From positions 1 to 58,488 of the forward strand of contig JBBDQO010000012.1 of assembly GCA_040905925.1 (NCBI GenBank): a stretch of DNA of 58,488 bases, written 5' to 3'. This document shows, piece by piece, positions 34,793 through 45,023 of the stretch (position 1 is the first letter of the stretch; the number at the start of each line of letters is the position of its first letter). Source of the stretch: Acidimicrobiia bacterium. Its GTDB lineage: Bacteria > Actinomycetota > Acidimicrobiia > Spongiisociales > ZC4RG35. The notes beneath the pieces are model-generated. The model had not been told where the DNA came from and searched no databases. It saw only the letters and a list, made by a program, of their open reading frames with translations. Position numbers and translations under genes: made by a program.

Positions 34793-37700
34793 GGCCGTTG
34801 ACCCCGAGCCCAGAACAGGCAGAGATCCTCACCCTGGGCCTCGATGCCGTCCGGATCCGGGCCGGGGCCGGGACCGGCAAGACCACCACAGTGGCGATGG
34901 TGATCTCGAACCTGATCGCCAACCACTCCCTGGACCCCGAGCGCATCCTCGGCATCACCTTCACCAACAAGGCCGCCTCCGAGTTGGCCGATCGGGTGAG
35001 GTCGACCATCGCCGGAGCGGTGGACGAGGGGCGCCAGGTCGAGGTTCACACCTATCACGGTTTTGCGGCCCAGGTACTCGCCGAGTTCGGGGCCCTGGCC
35101 GGTGTCGACAGCCGGGTCAAGGTGATAACCCCCACCTTCTCCCGACAGATCCTGTCCGAGACGTTTCATCGCACCACCTACCAACACCTCGAAATCACGA
35201 ATCGGATGACCCTCGACCGGATCAGGGGACTCGGTGACCGTCTCGGCGACCATCTCCTGGAACCGCAGGACCTCCTCGGCGAGGAACACCCCGATGACGA
35301 GACCTGGGGCAGCCGGGTCGAGATGTTGGAGACATTGCAGAGATACGGCGAGGACAAGCGCCGGCTCGGCGTCGTCGATTACGGCGACCTGGTGACCCTG
35401 TCGACCAGGATCCTCCGCTCCCATCCCGGGCTGGCCGCCGAGATAAGGGACCGGTACCAGGTGGTGGTGCTCGACGAGTACCAGGACACCAACCCGGGAC
35501 AGAGGGTGTTGCTCACAACGATCTTCGGCGAGGGTTTCCCGGTGATCGCGGTCGGCGACGAAGATCAGACCATCTATGAGTGGCGTGGGGCATCGTCCGA
35601 GAACTTCGAGCTGTTCCCTCTGCATTTCCGGGGCGCCGACGGAAGCCCGGCCCGGGATCGGAGCCTCACCCTCAACCGGAGATCGGCACAAACGATCCTC
35701 GATGTGGCCAACGAGATCCGGCGCAAGGCCAACCCGGAGGCTGAGCTGCTCCAGTCAGACGATCCCGACAAGAAGGGGCAGGTGATCACCTACTGGGCCG
35801 GAGATGCCCTCGGAGAGGCAGATTGGATCGCCCGGCGCCTTGAGGAGCTCCACAACGACGGAGTCCCATTCTCCGAGATGGCGGTCCTCTTCCGCAAGAA
35901 CAAGGACTTCGCAGTCGTCGTCGACGCCATGGCCAGGACCGGCATTCCGGTGGAAGTCGCCAACCTGGGCGGCTTGCTTTCGGTGCCCGAGGTTGCCGAG
36001 CTTCGATCCTGGCTGACCGTCGTCGAGCGACCGGAGGACTCTGCCGCTCTCGTCGAGATCCTCTTCGGTTCCCGTTATCGACTCGGGCTGGCCGACATCG
36101 CACCCTTGAGCCGTTGGGTGTCGGGCGCCGAGCCGATCCGAGACTCCGAGGAGGAAAACCCGGTCACCCTCCTCGAAGCGATCGAGGAGGTCGACCAGAT
36201 CATCGGTATCCGAGACGATGCCCGCTCCGCCCTCAAGCACTTCCTCGCGGCGTACCGCACAGTGCTCACCGAAAGCCAGGGGATGAGCCTGGTAGAGACC
36301 TGCCGTCTCGTGCTGGACCGGACCCGGGCCTGGCAGGACATCGAGGCCCTGCCTGCCACCACCAGGCTGACCGCCCGGTTGAATCTCCATCGCTTCCTCG
36401 ACCTCGCCGAGGATTGGAGCCCGTTGACCGGTCGCCCGTCGTTGGAGGCGTTTCTCGATTATTTGGAGGCAATGGAGGACGAGCCCGCCGAGGAGCTCGA
36501 CTCGGCCCATCTCTCGGGCGAAGACGCCGTGACCTTGGTGACCGTCCACAGAGCCAAGGGCCTGGAGTGGGATGTCGTTGCCATTCCGGCAGTTACCGAC
36601 CAGAACTTCCCGAGCAAGGCCCGCCAACACCCGGACCCGGCACGATTCGCCGAGTATCTGCCGGTCCAATACCGGATCGACAGTGCGCTCGCCGACATGC
36701 CCGATGACGAGGCGGCGCGCACCCATTACCTGAAAGCAAGGAACGAGACACAAGAGTGGCGAACCGCATACGTGGCAGCCACCCGCGCCCGGTCGCTGCT
36801 CATGGTCACAGGGGCCTATTGGTACGGTCTTCCCGAGCCCGCCGTCAACGCCAAGAAGCCGTCGGCGCTCTTCGAGCTCGTCGAGTCGCATCCGGCGACG
36901 CACTCCGCCGGGCATGAAACGGAGCCCGAGCGCCCAGCCTTGCTGCGCCGAGCGCCGGAGGGCACGACACCGGATCCCATCTTCGGCACGGGCTGGGACG
37001 GAGGGCTGCGTTCGGCGATCTCGGATCACGAAGCGATGAGCCGACGCGCCACCGAGCTCGGCGTTGGTCTGGACTACGAGATGAGGGTCACCGAGTTGAT
37101 CGGCACCCTGTTCGATCTGGCGACCACCGAGCAGGTCCCCCAGCCCTCACCCGATCAAAGGACGGTCTCGGTGACCGGCTTGGTGACATACGCCCAATGC
37201 CCCAAGCGCTTCTATTGGTCGGCAGTCGACATCCTGCCCCGAAGACGGAGCCCTTCCGCCGTGGCGGGAACCGAATTGCACCGGAGGATCGAATTGCACC
37301 AACGCGGCCAGGTGCCCTTCGAGCAGCTCTCCGAGGACCTCTACGACGTGCCTGACGAGCTGGCGGGTGACGGTGGCTTCAAGGCATTTCGCAACTCGAG
37401 GTTCTCAGAGCGACCGGCTGCCATGGTCGAGGCGCCGTTCGAGGTGCTGGTTGGTGACGGCTACAGGATCCGGGGGCGGATCGATGCGGTGTACATCGAC
37501 GGTCGCCATTGGGAGGTCGTCGACTTCAAGAGCGGGAGACCCAGCACGGACCCCTCCCGGATCGTGCAGCTCCAGTCCTATGCGATGGCCGCGAGCGACG
37601 TCGACTTCGGCCATCCCGGCCCTGGAGAGCTCGACGTGACCTTCGCCTATCTGGGTGGTGGCCTCGTCGAGACCACCTACCAGGCCGACTCCGAGTGGGT

Positions 37701-37839
37701 CGAGCAGGCCAGATCGGACATCGCCTCCCTCACACGGTCGATCGACGAGAAGATCTTCGTCGAGACGCCTGGTGACTGGTGTCAGTCGTGCGACTTCCTT
37801 CGGTTTTGCGGGCCGGGGAGGGCCTGGGTAGGCGAATGA
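34789..37839 (+). CDS. adnB: Helicase-nuclease subunit AdnB-like
   Basis: GAGTGKTTT, VVVLDEYQDTNP, VHRAKGLEW, YVAATRAR, C-terminal GRIDAVYIDGRHWEVVDFKSGR, Cys set CPKRF...CQSCDFLRFC. Start at the internal ATG 34789. Confidence 0.75.
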   Translation: MRPLTPSPEQAEILTLGLDAVRIRAGAGTGKTTTVAMVISNLIANHSLDPERILGITFTNKAASELADRVRSTIAGAVDEGRQVEVHTYHGFAAQVLAEFGALAGVDSRVKVITPTFSRQILSETFHRTTYQHLEITNRMTLDRIRGLGDRLGDHLLEPQDLLGEEHPDDETWGSRVEMLETLQRYGEDKRRLGVVDYGDLVTLSTRILRSHPGLAAEIRDRYQVVVLDEYQDTNPGQRVLLTTIFGEGFPVIAVGDEDQTIYEWRGASSENFELFPLHFRGADGSPARDRSLTLNRRSAQTILDVANEIRRKANPEAELLQSDDPDKKGQVITYWAGDALGEADWIARRLEELHNDGVPFSEMAVLFRKNKDFAVVVDAMARTGIPVEVANLGGLLSVPEVAELRSWLTVVERPEDSAALVEILFGSRYRLGLADIAPLSRWVSGAEPIRDSEEENPVTLLEAIEEVDQIIGIRDDARSALKHFLAAYRTVLTESQGMSLVETCRLVLDRTRAWQDIEALPATTRLTARLNLHRFLDLAEDWSPLTGRPSLEAFLDYLEAMEDEPAEELDSAHLSGEDAVTLVTVHRAKGLEWDVVAIPAVTDQNFPSKARQHPDPARFAEYLPVQYRIDSALADMPDDEAARTHYLKARNETQEWRTAYVAATRARSLLMVTGAYWYGLPEPAVNAKKPSALFELVESHPATHSAGHETEPERPALLRRAPEGTTPDPIFGTGWDGGLRSAISDHEAMSRRATELGVGLDYEMRVTELIGTLFDLATTEQVPQPSPDQRTVSVTGLVTYAQCPKRFYWSAVDILPRRRSPSAVAGTELHRRIELHQRGQVPFEQLSEDLYDVPDELAGDGGFKAFRNSRFSERPAAMVEAPFEVLVGDGYRIRGRIDAVYIDGRHWEVVDFKSGRPSTDPSRIVQLQSYAMAASDVDFGHPGPGELDVTFAYLGGGLVETTYQADSEWVEQARSDIASLTRSIDEKIFVETPGDWCQSCDFLRFCGPGRAWVGE

Positions 37840-38438
37840 CCGTCCTGGCTGCCGCCCTCCTCGGCTATCTGATCGGATCGCTGCCCACCGCCAACGGCCT
37901 GGCCCGGCTCTGGGGAGTCGACCTTCGCACCTCAGGGTCCGGCAACCCGGGGGCCAACAACGCCCGCCGAGCCGGTGGACTCCCTCTCTTCTTCCTGGTC
38001 CTCACCGTTGAGGCCGGCAAGGGAGCGCTGGCAGTCCTCGCCGGAGCGTATTTGGCCGGCGATCTCGGGGCAGTTGCGGCAGGGTTGGGGGCGGCGACCG
38101 GCAACGTCTACAACGTCTGGTATTCGTTCCGGGGTGGCAAGGGGCTCGGTATCACACTCGGAGTTCTCCTCGCCTCATGGCCCACCGTGGTCCCTGTGGT
38201 ACTGGTGATCCTGGCCATCGCCTCCGTCGCCACCCGGTCGTCAGGCATCGGAGCCCTGGTCACCCTGGCCTCTCTCTTCGTTGCCGGGCTGGCCTGGGGC
38301 TGGACTGGGCTCGGCACCGGATGGGGGGTCGAGGAGATGGCGACCCTCGGTGTTCTCGGCATCGGCATCCCGCTGGTGGTGGGGCAACGGCATTGGGCAG
38401 ACGCCGTTGCCCCGCTCAGCGCACGCGCCCGCCGCTGA
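37836..38438 (+). CDS. plsY: Acyl-phosphate:glycerol-3-phosphate acyltransferase PlsY
   Basis: [44 protein letters not shown] overlap with the adnB stop. Confidence 0.88.
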   Translation: MTVLAAALLGYLIGSLPTANGLARLWGVDLRTSGSGNPGANNARRAGGLPLFFLVLTVEAGKGALAVLAGAYLAGDLGAVAAGLGAATGNVYNVWYSFRGGKGLGITLGVLLASWPTVVPVVLVILAIASVATRSSGIGALVTLASLFVAGLAWGWTGLGTGWGVEEMATLGVLGIGIPLVVGQRHWADAVAPLSARARR

Positions 38439-38889
38439 CCTCGAGCACCAGCGTGACCGGCCCGTCGTTGACGAGGGCGACGGCCATCATCGCCCCGAAC
38501 CTCCCGGTTCGGGTCGGGATCCCGGCTTCGACGAGACACCGCGCCAGTGCCTCGATGAGAGGCGCCGCCACGGCCGGGCTCGCGGCCTCGGTGAACGAAG
38601 GTCGGCGTCCGCGCCGGACATCCCCCAGCAACGTGAACTGACTCACGATGAGGACCTCGCCACCGGTGTCGAGGATCGAGCGGTTCATCAGCCCCGCATC
38701 GTCGGCAAACAGGCGGAGACCCGCGATCTTCTCCGCAGCCACTTCCACGTCGACCACATCGTCTGTCGGCTCGATCCCCACCAGGACCAGGAAACCCGGC
38801 CCGATGGCGCCGACCGGCTCGTCCTCTACCGTGACGGCCGCTTCTGATACCCGCTGCAGGACGATCCTCACGGAGCCGGATTGTGGCAT
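38416..38889 (-). CDS. dtd: D-aminoacyl-tRNA deacylase
   Basis: [31 protein letters not shown]...SQFTLLGD...GRRPSF...[16 protein letters not shown]. An alternative GTG start at 38871 gives the canonical MRIVLQRV N-terminus. Confidence 0.88.
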   Translation of the reverse strand: MPQSGSVRIVLQRVSEAAVTVEDEPVGAIGPGFLVLVGIEPTDDVVDVEVAAEKIAGLRLFADDAGLMNRSILDTGGEVLIVSQFTLLGDVRRGRRPSFTEAASPAVAAPLIEALARCLVEAGIPTRTGRFGAMMAVALVNDGPVTLVLEVSGGRVR

Positions 38890-38906
38890 CGAAATAGAGT
38901 GAGCCC

Positions 38907-41183
38907 GTGTCCCCCAAGCCAAACCGGACGGATGACCTTCTGGCCGGTCCCTCCGGGTCGAATGTGCTCTACCTCGTCGACGCCGCATCTGACTACGAGG
39001 CTGCGTTGCTCGATCAATGGCTTCGCAGCGAGGTGGGAAGGCGGGTCGACACGGTGATGATCGCCTCCTCCCGGAGGGGGTGGGGAGGTGACGACGAATC
39101 CCTGACCCGGCGGATGCGGTCCGGGGACGACGTGTACTTGATCCCGGTCCGCGTCGTTTGGATGGCCCCCAAGAAGAAGCAAGGCCGCCGGGCAGTGCGC
39201 TGGACCGATTTCCTTCACCCGGGCGACCCCAGGGATCCTCGCGGCATCCGCGCCAGGTGGATTCGCAACCTTCGCAGGAACCGGGTCCGCCTCATCGCAG
39301 CCCAAGGCGCCTTCTCCTCCGAGGTAGCGGCGGACTACGCGGTATCGGGACAGGTCGACCCCCTCGCCAGCTATATCACGAGACGGGCCTGGAACGTCCT
39401 CGACCGCGCGGAGCGGAAGCTCCGGGGCAATCGTTACAAGATCCCCCGTTTCGTCCCCGAGGCCATCCTCTCACGCAAGGAGTTCCTGGACTCGATCGAT
39501 CAGATCTCACGGGAGACCAACACCGAGATCGAGGTGGGACGAAACAAGGCCGAGCGATATCTGAGGGAGATCGCAGCGACCCATTCGCCGTATGTGATCG
39601 ACTTGATCGCCAACGGCATCCACAAGCTCTACAGCCAGGGATACGGCGGAATCCGCTACGACGTCGACCAGGTGCGAATGGTGGCCGAGTTGGGCCAGGA
39701 GCACCCCGTGATCTTCCTCCCCTCTCATCGATCCAACCTCGATCGGCTCAGCCTCCAGTTCATGCTCTGGGAGAACGATCTCCCACCCAACCACACCGCC
39801 GGAGGGATCAACATGAACTTCTTCCCGATCGGGCCCTTGATGCGGCGCACCGGAGTCTTCTTCATCCGGAGGAGCTTCAAGGACAACCGGTTGTACAAGA
39901 CGGTCCTCAAGGGATATCTGGACTACCTGGTCGAGAAGCGGTTCCCACTCGAGTGGTACCTGGAGGGGGGCCGCTCCAGATCCGGGCGACTCGGAGCGCC
40001 TCACTTCGGTCTTCTCAGTTATGTCGTCGATTCCTTGCGGCGGGGGAAGACCGACGACATCAAGCTGATCCCGGTGTCGATCGCCTACGACCAGATCCAG
40101 GATGTGCCCGACTATGCCCTGGAGGCCCAGGGTAAAGGGAAGCAGAAGGAGTCGCTGGGATGGCTCTTCCGGGCTGTCAAGTCGTTGCGGCGGCGTTACG
40201 GCGACATCTACATCCGCTTCGGCGAGCCGGTGTCGGTCGCCGCCGGGCTGGCCTCGATCCACGGCGAAGACGAGGCTTCGATCGGTCTCCAGAAGCTCGC
40301 CTTCGAGGTGATGTACCGGATCGGGCGGGTGACACCCATCACACCCACTGCTCTGGTGACGGTGGCGCTGCTCGGGGCACGAGGCGGCGCCCGCAATGCG
40401 GAGCAGCTGGCCGAGGAATGCCGGAGTCTCTCCCAATTCGTGACGGCCCGGTCCCTGCCCACGACCGAGGACCTCGGCCTGGCCGATCCCGGTCGGGTGA
40501 CTGGAGTCCTCGACTCGCTTGCCGAGCATGGGAACGTGTCCAGCCATGCTGCGGTAGGTCGCCGGGTGTTCTGGCTCGATGAGGAGCAGATGGTCCGCAT
40601 CGCCTACTACCGCAACGTGATAGTCCATTTCTTCGTGCCACGGGCATTGGCCGAGATGGCGCTGACCGCTCTCATCGACTCCGATGACCCCAAGGACTCC
40701 GATGTCGACGACGCACTCCTCAGACTCCGCGACCTACTCAAGTTCGAGTTCTTCTTTCAAGAGAAACAGGACTTCCTCGATTCGATCTCGGCCGACGTGG
40801 AGCTGGACGTCCCCGATTGGAGGATGAGCCTCCGCTCGAGCGGCGCCGCAGAGGTTCTCTCGAAGATGGGGCCACCAGTCGCCAGGTGGGCCGTGTTGCC
40901 CTTCCTCGACGCCTATCAAATCGTGGGAGACGAGTTGGAGGCGACCCAAGGGCGGTTCAACGAGAAGGCCTTCCTCAAGTCGTGTCTCGACCGGGCCCGC
41001 ATGTATCGAATCGAAGGCCGGCTGATCTCGGGTGAGAGCGCCAGTCTGGTGATGTTCAAATCAGCCCTATCGCTCGCCGACAATCGTGGGCTGCTTGCCG
41101 CGTCCACTGATATCGACGACCGGCGACGCCAATTCGCTGCGGAGATCAGGGAGGCCCGGGGTCTGGCGGCAGCCGGGCTCTGA
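38907..41183 (+). CDS. plsB: Glycerol-3-phosphate 1-O-acyltransferase, PlsB type
   Basis: All four GPAT blocks are present: [45 protein letters not shown] start. Confidence 0.88.
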   Translation: MSPKPNRTDDLLAGPSGSNVLYLVDAASDYEAALLDQWLRSEVGRRVDTVMIASSRRGWGGDDESLTRRMRSGDDVYLIPVRVVWMAPKKKQGRRAVRWTDFLHPGDPRDPRGIRARWIRNLRRNRVRLIAAQGAFSSEVAADYAVSGQVDPLASYITRRAWNVLDRAERKLRGNRYKIPRFVPEAILSRKEFLDSIDQISRETNTEIEVGRNKAERYLREIAATHSPYVIDLIANGIHKLYSQGYGGIRYDVDQVRMVAELGQEHPVIFLPSHRSNLDRLSLQFMLWENDLPPNHTAGGINMNFFPIGPLMRRTGVFFIRRSFKDNRLYKTVLKGYLDYLVEKRFPLEWYLEGGRSRSGRLGAPHFGLLSYVVDSLRRGKTDDIKLIPVSIAYDQIQDVPDYALEAQGKGKQKESLGWLFRAVKSLRRRYGDIYIRFGEPVSVAAGLASIHGEDEASIGLQKLAFEVMYRIGRVTPITPTALVTVALLGARGGARNAEQLAEECRSLSQFVTARSLPTTEDLGLADPGRVTGVLDSLAEHGNVSSHAAVGRRVFWLDEEQMVRIAYYRNVIVHFFVPRALAEMALTALIDSDDPKDSDVDDALLRLRDLLKFEFFFQEKQDFLDSISADVELDVPDWRMSLRSSGAAEVLSKMGPPVARWAVLPFLDAYQIVGDELEATQGRFNEKAFLKSCLDRARMYRIEGRLISGESASLVMFKSALSLADNRGLLAASTDIDDRRRQFAAEIREARGLAAAGL

Positions 41184-41191
41184 TCTAGACG

Positions 41192-41713
41192 TCAGGGCCG
41201 GGTCCCCCAACGCCGGCGTGCTTCCTCGATCAGCTCCTGTGAGGTCTTGGGGCGTCCCGCCGGCTTCGCTACCGACTCCAGCTTGGATGGTGTGGTTTTC
41301 TCACCCGATTCCTGAGCGGCCGCGACCTCCATCGGCTTGTCTGCCGCCTTCTTGGGCGCGGTGACGGGCCGGGGTGGTTTCGGGGCCATTGGGACCGTCG
41401 GACGGGGAGGCTCATAGCTGGTATCGGTTCGGGGCAGGATCGGCGGGGTGCGGATCGGGGCAGCAACGTCGGGACGGATGGAATCCTCGGCGGGCCGGGC
41501 CCGCCTCCGAATGGCCCGACCGACGCCGATCATGACGATGGCGGGGAAGATCGTGGTCCCGATGCCGCGGGCGATCGGCCCCGACACCCCGAGCGCTTGG
41601 ATTGCGCCCAGACCCCAGAGCACGGCGAAGACGAACCAGACATACCCGATCCATGACAAGACCCTCCCCAGGGTGGCGGCAGAGCTCTGCTCGGGATCGG
41701 CCATGTCTCCCAT
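41192..41713 (-). CDS. Hypothetical membrane protein with a proline-rich tail
   Basis: Two to three N-terminal TM segments, then a PPILPRTDTSYEPPRPTVPMAPKPPRPVTAPKK low-complexity region. It lies 8 nt downstream of the ABC permease gene. Confidence 0.55.
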   Translation of the reverse strand: MGDMADPEQSSAATLGRVLSWIGYVWFVFAVLWGLGAIQALGVSGPIARGIGTTIFPAIVMIGVGRAIRRRARPAEDSIRPDVAAPIRTPPILPRTDTSYEPPRPTVPMAPKPPRPVTAPKKAADKPMEVAAAQESGEKTTPSKLESVAKPAGRPKTSQELIEEARRRWGTRP

Positions 41714-41721
41714 TCAAACAT

Positions 41722-42885
41722 TCAGGCCCGGGTGAGGGCCACCCGCAGACGCCAGGCCGCCAGCGCCAGCAGGACCACGGCATAAGCGGTGAGGACCCCC
41801 AACTCGGGCAGAATGTCAACCACCGTCCCGTTTCGCCGAACCAGTTCGGCGAATCCGTCGAGGGCCCAGGCGTGAGGTGTGATGTGAGCCACCTTTTGCA
41901 TAGTCGGTGAGAACAACTCGATGGGCAGCATGGCGCCCCCCAGGGCGGCTAGACCAATGCTGAGGATGATCCCGATGCCGCTGGCCTGGGCGTCGTTGCT
42001 GAAAACCGCCCCCATCAACATGCCCGCCCCCGCACCCACCGCGGAGAAGGTGATCAGGATCAGGACGGCTCCGAGCGGGTCACCCCAATCGACGCGGAAG
42101 ATGAGGAAGGTGACCAAGATGATGTAGAGGCCCTGGACCATGGCAACCGCCCATCGCCCTGTCCCTTCGCCGACCACGATGGTCCCGGTCGACGTCGGAG
42201 TGGACAGCATCCGGCGCGATATGCCGAGTTGGCGGCTCAGGATCAGGGCCGCCGAACCGGCGAGCGCGGTCAGGAAAACGAAGAGAACGAGCTGTGAGGA
42301 TGCCCCCAGGTCGAACCGGCCGAGGGTGGGCGGGAATAATGCCTCACCGACCGCGGTCACCTGGGTGCCGAGTCCGGGGGCGGCCGCCTCCTCGGCAATT
42401 GCCACCTCCAGCGCTTCGTCGAATGGCGCCCCGGTCTTCTCTGATGCGAAGCTGGCCGCAGCGACAGGTGTCATGACCCTCGACACCGCGGCGCCGACCA
42501 CCGACTGGATCTGAGGGCCAAATCCGTCGGGCCGGGAGACGAAGCCGATCTCCACCCGCTCACCGGCTTCGGCAACTTCATCCAGGCCGCCGGGAATGAA
42601 CAGGCCGGCCTGGGAGGTTCCCCGCTCCACCGACGAAGTCAGCTCTTCGGCGGTCTCGAATCGCCTGACATCGAGGGTGTCCTCCGATTCGACCTCTTCG
42701 GCGATGGCAACAGCCAGCTGATCATCATCCGCCATGTAGAGACCGATCACGGGATCGACATCACCACCGAACTGGGCGCCGATGAGAAGGATCAACGCCA
42801 GCGGGAAGATGAAAACGAAGAAGATGTTCGACCGCTCCCGCAACATCCGTCGCACGTTGGACCCGGCAATGGCGAAGACCTTCAT
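41722..42885 (-). CDS. ABC-2 transporter permease (large extracytoplasmic loop after TM1)
   Basis: MKVFAIAGSNVRRMLRERSNIFFVFIFPL... with a C-terminal cluster of 5 TM segments. The ATG at 42885 overlaps the upstream stop (ATGA). Confidence 0.8.
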   Translation of the reverse strand: MKVFAIAGSNVRRMLRERSNIFFVFIFPLALILLIGAQFGGDVDPVIGLYMADDDQLAVAIAEEVESEDTLDVRRFETAEELTSSVERGTSQAGLFIPGGLDEVAEAGERVEIGFVSRPDGFGPQIQSVVGAAVSRVMTPVAAASFASEKTGAPFDEALEVAIAEEAAAPGLGTQVTAVGEALFPPTLGRFDLGASSQLVLFVFLTALAGSAALILSRQLGISRRMLSTPTSTGTIVVGEGTGRWAVAMVQGLYIILVTFLIFRVDWGDPLGAVLILITFSAVGAGAGMLMGAVFSNDAQASGIGIILSIGLAALGGAMLPIELFSPTMQKVAHITPHAWALDGFAELVRRNGTVVDILPELGVLTAYAVVLLALAAWRLRVALTRA

Positions 42886-44063
42886 GTGGCGATCCTCCGA
42901 CGAAGCAGGGTCCAACCGATGCTCCCCAGGATCAGAGAGAACGCGAGAAGGGCTCCGACTGCGGGCAAGGCGGCCGTCCACTCCGCACCACCCGAGATCT
43001 CGGCCAAGCCCTCCATGAACCACGCGTGCGGAGTGAGATAGGTGAGCTTGCTCAGGAGATCGTCACCCTGGCCGACCGGGAAGAAGGTCCCACCGAGCAT
43101 CCCAAGGATGACGGCGATGATGGCGCCGAGATTCCCCGCCCCTTCCGGAGACTTGGCCACGCTGGCCACCAAGCCCATTATGGACACTGCCGAGAGAACG
43201 CCGGCCACCGCGAGGAGGGCGACGCCCAGCGGCGGCCCCCAGGTGGCGCCCATCAGAAAATGGGTGGCCAGGATCAGAACACCCAGAGAGATGACCCCGA
43301 GCCAGAACGAGAGCAGGGCCTTGGCGGTGATGACGCTGGTGCGGCGGATCGGAGCCGCCAGCAACCGCGCCAGGGTGCCATCCCGCTGCTCCTCGAGGAG
43401 GCCGATGACCCCGAATTGGACAGTGAAGAACAGGAAGAAGACCGCCATTCCCGCCGCGAAATAGGTGGTGCCGTCGAGTTGACGGGTCTCGGTGGTGACG
43501 TCGGTGAGGGCATAGGAAGCCCCTCGCGCCGCCGCCTCCTGACCCCAGGTGGCAGATTCCGGGGGTATGGGGCCGTCCAACGAGTGGAAGGAAGTGGCCA
43601 CCGAGAGCTGCACCCCCGCGACGCCGTCACCGAATTGCTCCGCGATCGAGGCCGCGATCTGGGTCGAGGTGGGGGCATCGACGTCGCCGATGATCTTGAT
43701 CGCGGCCTCCTCCCCAGCCTCGACCGCCGCCTCCATCCCGGGCTCGATCAGGTAGTAGGCGTCGATCTGGCCCTCCTCGATCGCTGCCTCCGCCTCATCG
43801 GCGTCGTCGTAGTCGGTCAGAGCAAGAATCCCCTCGCTGTCGAGATCGCCGAGGATCTCTCGAAAGGACTGGGACACCTCTGTGTCGTCGAGATCGACCG
43901 CTCCGAAACGGAGGTCCAGCGAAGTCGCACCGAAGGCCCCGCCGAAGACCAGTTTAAAGATGAAGGCGAGGACCAGGGGAGCGAAGATCCCGAGGATGAA
44001 CGCGGAACGGTCTCTTATCCGGAGTTTCAGGTCCTTGGCCGCGATCCGGGTGGCTGGGCCCAC
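42882..44063 (-). CDS. ABC-2 transporter permease (paralog of 41722-42885)
   Basis: Same topology: AAKDLKLRIRDRSAFILGIFAPL..., a large loop, then 5 TM segments. Confidence 0.8.
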   Translation of the reverse strand: MGPATRIAAKDLKLRIRDRSAFILGIFAPLVLAFIFKLVFGGAFGATSLDLRFGAVDLDDTEVSQSFREILGDLDSEGILALTDYDDADEAEAAIEEGQIDAYYLIEPGMEAAVEAGEEAAIKIIGDVDAPTSTQIAASIAEQFGDGVAGVQLSVATSFHSLDGPIPPESATWGQEAAARGASYALTDVTTETRQLDGTTYFAAGMAVFFLFFTVQFGVIGLLEEQRDGTLARLLAAPIRRTSVITAKALLSFWLGVISLGVLILATHFLMGATWGPPLGVALLAVAGVLSAVSIMGLVASVAKSPEGAGNLGAIIAVILGMLGGTFFPVGQGDDLLSKLTYLTPHAWFMEGLAEISGGAEWTAALPAVGALLAFSLILGSIGWTLLRRRIAT

Positions 44064-44065
44064 GT

Positions 44066-45004
44066 CTAGTCCCGCAGCGCCTTGCCCGTGACATGGAGAA
44101 ACACTGCCTCCAGGTTGGGCTCCACCACCTCGACCCCGGTGATCACTGCGCCGGCAGCGGCAAGCCGCCTCAAGAGCTCGGGCAGGAGCCTCGATGCCTC
44201 GTCGGCCAGCACCTCCAAACCCTGGTCCGAATGGCTTGCCTCGAACACCCCCGGGATCTCACGGGCCGCCTGCACTGCCCGGGAAAGGTCCCCGGTGGCG
44301 GTGATCGTGATCCGGTCCCTTCCCCCGACGATGGATACCAACTCACGTCGGGTTCCTTCGGCCTTGAACGTGCCTTCGTCGATGATCGCCACCCGATCGC
44401 AGAGGCGTTCGGCTTCCTCCATGTAGTGGGTGGTGTAGAGGACTGCCATCCCCTCGGCCGAAAGGCTTTCCACCGACTCGAGGATCGAGTTGCGGGACTG
44501 GGGATCGACGCCCACCGTGGGCTCGTCGAGGATGAGGAGTTTGGGGCGATGGAGGAGCCCGATGCCGATGTTGAGACGTCGCCTCATCCCGCCGGAGAAC
44601 TCCTTGGTGAGATCGTCCTTTCGATCGATGAGCCCGATCACCTCCAGGACTTCAGCGACACGTTTCGACAGCTCCTCACCCCTCATCCCGTAGAGACGAC
44701 CGAAGAAGGAGAGATTCTCGGTGGCGGTGAGGTCGGGATATATGGCCAGATCCTGAGGAACCAGCCCAATGGCGGCCTTCCCGGCGACCGAGGCCGGAGA
44801 GATGGATATGCCGGCCACCACGACTTCGCCGGCGTCGGGCTCGAGAAGACCGGCGACTATTGAGATCGAGGTCGTCTTGCCCGCCCCATTCGGGCCCAGG
44901 AGACCGAATGTCTCCCCCTCCTCGATGGTGAAACCCACACCACCGACCGCGGTGATATCTCCGAAGTTCTTCACCATCCCGCTTGCGGAAAGAACGGTTG
45001 CCAA
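44066..45004 (-). CDS. ABC transporter ATP-binding protein
   Basis: GPNGAGKTTS, FSGGMRRRLNIG, LLILDEPTVGVD. TTG start at 45004 or ATG at 44977. Confidence 0.9.
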   Translation of the reverse strand: MATVLSASGMVKNFGDITAVGGVGFTIEEGETFGLLGPNGAGKTTSISIVAGLLEPDAGEVVVAGISISPASVAGKAAIGLVPQDLAIYPDLTATENLSFFGRLYGMRGEELSKRVAEVLEVIGLIDRKDDLTKEFSGGMRRRLNIGIGLLHRPKLLILDEPTVGVDPQSRNSILESVESLSAEGMAVLYTTHYMEEAERLCDRVAIIDEGTFKAEGTRRELVSIVGGRDRITITATGDLSRAVQAAREIPGVFEASHSDQGLEVLADEASRLLPELLRRLAAAGAVITGVEVVEPNLEAVFLHVTGKALRD

Positions 45005-45023
45005 GATCCCTGCCTGTTGTCGC

